IMG/VR virus record: IMGVR_UViG_3300014720_002243
Coordinates: 20,700-84,699 of that record
Source of the DNA: a virus
Taxonomy: Duplodnaviria; Caudoviricetes
Strand: one strand, 5' to 3'
DNA length: 64,000 nt
Under the pieces are notes generated by a model. It made no database searches, was not told the origin of the DNA, and saw only the letters and a list, made by a program, of their open reading frames with translations. Below are positions 60,181-64,000 of this stretch, piece after piece; position 1 is the stretch's first letter, and each line of letters begins with the position of its first letter. Both the position numbers and the translations under genes were made by a program.

Positions 60181-61281
60181 GTTAAAAGCGTTGGCCGATT
60201 TTATTAATAAGTATTTGGAGAATGAATAATGGAAAACTTTGATTTGGATGATTATGTGTCTTTGGCTATCGAGTTTAGAGAAGATAAAAACTTTGAGGGT
60301 GAAAATATTAAAGAAATGAAGTTTCATTTTGCCGATGATAATTTTGGTGTTAAGTGGTATCCTACCAAAAAGAGTATTATTAATTTTATTGAGGTTCTCA
60401 AAAAGATTGAATCTCAAATGACTGACGATACCAATAGAGATGAAAATGAGGATGAGGATGACTAAGGGGTTGGCCGATTTTATTAATAACTATTTGGAGA
60501 ATAAATAATGTATGATATGCCAGAATATCTAAAAAGAAAAAATGACAATTATCTAAATTCTTTAGAACTCAAAGAAACAATCAAGAATTTTCTGGTTGAG
60601 TGGAAAAATAAAGACGAAAAAGATATTGACTTATGGGATTTCTATTGGGAATCTTTAGAACTTTTGGAAGAGATTGTAAATTTGGAGAATAAATAATGGG
60701 CAATCCGGCCAAATCTATAGACACATATTTTATTGGAGATAATCTTAGTGTGAATGTTGGAAAATGTTCTACTAAAAATAATGAGTATTTTATTTTTGAT
60801 TTTTTATCTACACGAATTGACGGCGAACCCTCTTTTGAAACTTATATGACTAGAGATAAGTTAAGGGGATTAGCCGTATTTATTTTGAACTATTTGGAGA
60901 ACAACTAATGGGGAAATCGGTCGAATCTTACAAAATAGGAAATAGAGGAGATCAAATAAACCTAAATATTAGAAATAATAATTATGAACTAATTTTGTGG
61001 TGCGTTGATAACCACTATCAATATCAAAATCCTCCTACTGTTTATGTTATGAGTAAGAATGAAATGAAGGGTTTGGCCGATTTTATTAATAAGTATTTGG
61101 AGAATAAATGAGTGAAAACATTGAAATTGCTAATATTATAGCTAATCTAATAGTAATAGCAGATAATCTTGATGAAATTAGTCAGATCGAATCGGATAAA
61201 ATTCGCTCTATAGCAAATCAATTGATGGTAATGTCACCTCTGTTAGAATCTTTTAAATTACCTTTTGGAGAATGAATAATG
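60181..61281 (+). repeat. Repeated gene-junction sequence TTGGCCGATTTTATTAATAAGTATTTGGAGAATAAATAATG
   Basis: Full copies at about 60191, 60471, 60870 and 61073; partial TTTGGAGAAT(A/G)AATAATG at about 60681 and 61264. Confidence 0.8.
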
Positions 61282-63224
61282 GTCGGATTAGTATTATTTG
61301 GTATACTTGGTTATATGGCTAGTGTTCGTATTTATGATTATTATAAAGGATATGGTGATCTTTTTTAAGAATAAGGACTAAAATATGAAGAAAAAGAAAG
61401 TGTCTAGAAAAAATAAACCGACCAAACAAAAGATTGATGTTGTAATAGAATCATTAGTTCATCTTGAGCAAAGAGTAAAAGAACTAATAGAGAAGGTGGA
61501 AAGTTTGGAAACTCAAAGATATTATCACCCATATAATGCTGAACCAAAAAAATATTGGCCCAATGTTCCATATCGCTATGATAGCGTATCATGGACTTAC
61601 TAGTATTTTAAGACAAAGTGGCCTTTTGTTAAAGAGAACTATTGACAAACGCCGATAACATGATATAGTGTTGCTGTACGCTTTAACCATTCTGGAGACT
61701 AATACAAATGGGTAGTGGAAGTTTTGCTGTTAGTAGTTTTGTTATAGGATATGATGATCTGAAAAAGATTGTTCCAGAACAAATTGCAGCGATTGAAAAT
61801 GAAAAGTTTTTTGAAGATATTGGGTGGGGCACTATTGCTCAATGGTTGAGTTGGGATGATATTGCTGTGGTTGAGGATGCTATTTTGGATTATTGTCTTG
61901 ATGAAGATCAGGATGATGATTATAATCAAAATGTAGCAGTAGAAACATCTAGATTGTATGTTAATCATATCAACAATCTACAAAGTTCTTTTAACGAAAA
62001 AACCGGCCTAACTCTTTATTTTGACCACTATGATGAAGATGGTGGTGATAGGTATGATAATCCTAACGATAAAGATGGATGTATATTCTGTGTTGGTGGT
62101 ATGATGGTACTATCTCCTGCCGGTGAGAAATATAAGGATATTGTTGTTGAACGTAGATGGACACAATACGGTTAATAAAACTTAAAAGGATAATATGAAA
62201 AAGAACATAATGAAAAAATGGGTAAAAGCCCTAAGAAGTGGAAAGTATAAAAAGACAGAAGGAGCCCTAAAAGAAAAAGTGAAGGGCAAATTCGGCCATT
62301 GTTGTTTAGGTGTTTTATGTGAATTATATAATATAGATCAAAAGAAGAATAAAAAGAAAACTATTAAAGAACAAGAACTTCTTACAGGATGCGTATCTTT
62401 CGACCATGAAGTTGCTGAATTACCCGAAGTTGTGAAAAATTGGGCGGGAATGAGTAATCATTATGGTGGTTTTATAAATAATGCGAAAGTTGTTAATAAA
62501 AGCGGACAACTACCATTCTACTCTTTGAGCGAATTAAATGATTTTGGAAGTTCGTTTAAAGTTATTGCCTCTATCATAGAGGATCATTGGGATAATCTTT
62601 GATAAAAAGGAAAATATTCATGTCTAATTACATAGATGAAGATAAATTGGATCAATTGGATCAAGAGAATAAAGAATTAATTATACACAATAAAAAATTG
62701 AGTGATATAATATTTGATGCTGAAGTTAGACACTACAGAAGCAGAAATATAGAAGAAGCAATAAAGCTTAATAGTAAACTTAAAATAACAAATGATACAT
62801 TAGCAACTAAAGTAGAAGATATATATGACATTTAAATGTATGATAACAAAACTTTAATCACAACAATACAACTAGAGTTTGATCTTATTGAACTTCATTA
62901 TAATCCTAACTTAAAAAATAAGCCTTATTTGGTCAGGATTTATAACTATAATAATATTGATCCAGAAGAACTAAGACTAGATATAGAACAAGTTGATGAT
63001 CTATATAACACCTTAAAAAGGTATAAATTATTATGAGTGAAAATCCACTACAATCTGCTACTAAAACTTGGATAGAAGCAGTACAAAAATATTATGAGAA
63101 TACTCCACGACATGAATTGACCCAAATTTATGTTCGCGGATTTTTTGCAGGCTGGAGCGAGCGAGAGATTTTAGAATTAGCCGAAAGATTACTAAAGAAC
63201 AATCAAGAATATCCGTTAAGATGA
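60229..63224 (+). CDS. Run of hypothetical genes (60229, 60508, 60696, 60908, 61385, 61708, 62195, 62599, 62836, 63033)
   Basis: ORF track; 62195..62602 has a W.KALRSGKY...CCLGVLCE motif common in phages. Confidence 0.55.
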
Positions 63225-63556
63225 AACTCTATATCGCAGTATTAGATGAATTCCCAGACTATATGACTCCCACATTAGTGGCTCATGCTGTTTTGGGGGC
63301 TCACCTAAAGTTCCAAGATCAACCTGAATATCAAAACTGGTTAACTAACTCTTTTAAGAAATGTGTTGTGCGTGTTAATAGAAAAGAATTCTTAAAGATA
63401 TGTGAACTACCAGATGCTTATTTGGCTCATGAAAATCATACATTAAATGCTGAGAAGTCTTGTGCTATTCCTTTGCCGTGCGAAAATAGCCTCTTGCCAA
63501 ACGTGTTGAAGTATGCTAAACTATGGAAACCGATCAATGAAACAATACAAAGTTAA
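63221..63556 (+). CDS. Peptidyl-tRNA hydrolase 2 (Pth2)-like protein
   Basis: MKLYIAV...TLVAHAVL...W...SFKKCVVRV pattern. Confidence 0.65.
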   Translation: MKLYIAVLDEFPDYMTPTLVAHAVLGAHLKFQDQPEYQNWLTNSFKKCVVRVNRKEFLKICELPDAYLAHENHTLNAEKSCAIPLPCENSLLPNVLKYAKLWKPINETIQS

Positions 63557-63976
63557 CTTAACTCTTTTTCTAATTATCCTAATGGTCGCACTATTTTTCA
63601 TAGTGGTCGGGCCGTTCATTCAAATTTGGGCAGTTAATACTCTGTTTAAGACAGTAGTTGAATATTCTTGGCTAAATTGGGCCTGTGTTATACTTTTAAA
63701 TAGTAGTATTAGTGCGTTTTCTTATAGGGGAAGATCATGAGTTATTATTACACACCAGTATTTCAGATTGATCCAAAATTTCCACATTCGGGGAATGGAA
63801 AATGGACGCACGTTTGGGAACATACAAATAGACCAGTGCCTACTTATAAAGAATACAGTAATTGTTTACATGATAATTGTAGTTCTTGTAACGGAACAGG
63901 AATAAGAAAAGATGGGTTAGGGGCTTGTATTCATATGATTAGTTGTCCGTGTTCTAAATGTAGTCCAAGGATGTAA
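63537..63976 (+). CDS. Membrane protein (63537..63740) and Cys-rich protein (63737..63976)
   Basis: Two transmembrane helices; CLHDNCSSCNGTG...CIHMISCPCSKC. Confidence 0.55.
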
Positions 63977-64000
63977 TAATGAAAAAATTTATTAATCTCA

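Noticed and set aside
1-64000. Stop-codon reassignment
   Set aside because: Conserved genes are intact in the standard code, TAA, TAG and TGA all terminate genes, and no suppressor tRNA was found.

Overview
The window is a segment of a large tailed dsDNA phage genome in the standard genetic code; a Planctomycetota-like host is inferred from gene style only. Bases 1-32 kb (minus strand) hold the morphogenesis module: sigma-like factor, putative small terminase, Gmd, HNH and ERCC4 nucleases, large terminase, portal, protease/scaffold, capsid, neck and tail genes. It ends in a giant tape-measure ORF (more than 4,318 aa, start 12954, running off the window and so absent from the ORF track). By manual translation this protein carries a string of enzyme-like domains (thermonuclease, protein kinase, P-loop kinase, HIGH nucleotidyltransferase, PD-(D/E)xK-like, HExxH peptidase, GNAT) separated by repeated F-x-x-G-G linkers. 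Bases 32-35 kb encode GlmS plus a GNA1-type acetyltransferase. Bases 35-64 kb (plus strand) are an early/accessory region of small genes, 12 tRNAs and several candidate structured RNAs. From 35.1 to 54.6 kb this region is punctuated by 21 copies of a 78-bp element: two 25-bp IHF-consensus-like palindromes 53 bp apart, placed between a gene end and the next promoter, with a phage IHF/HU gene inside the array. All domain calls come from motif recognition by eye, not database searches.
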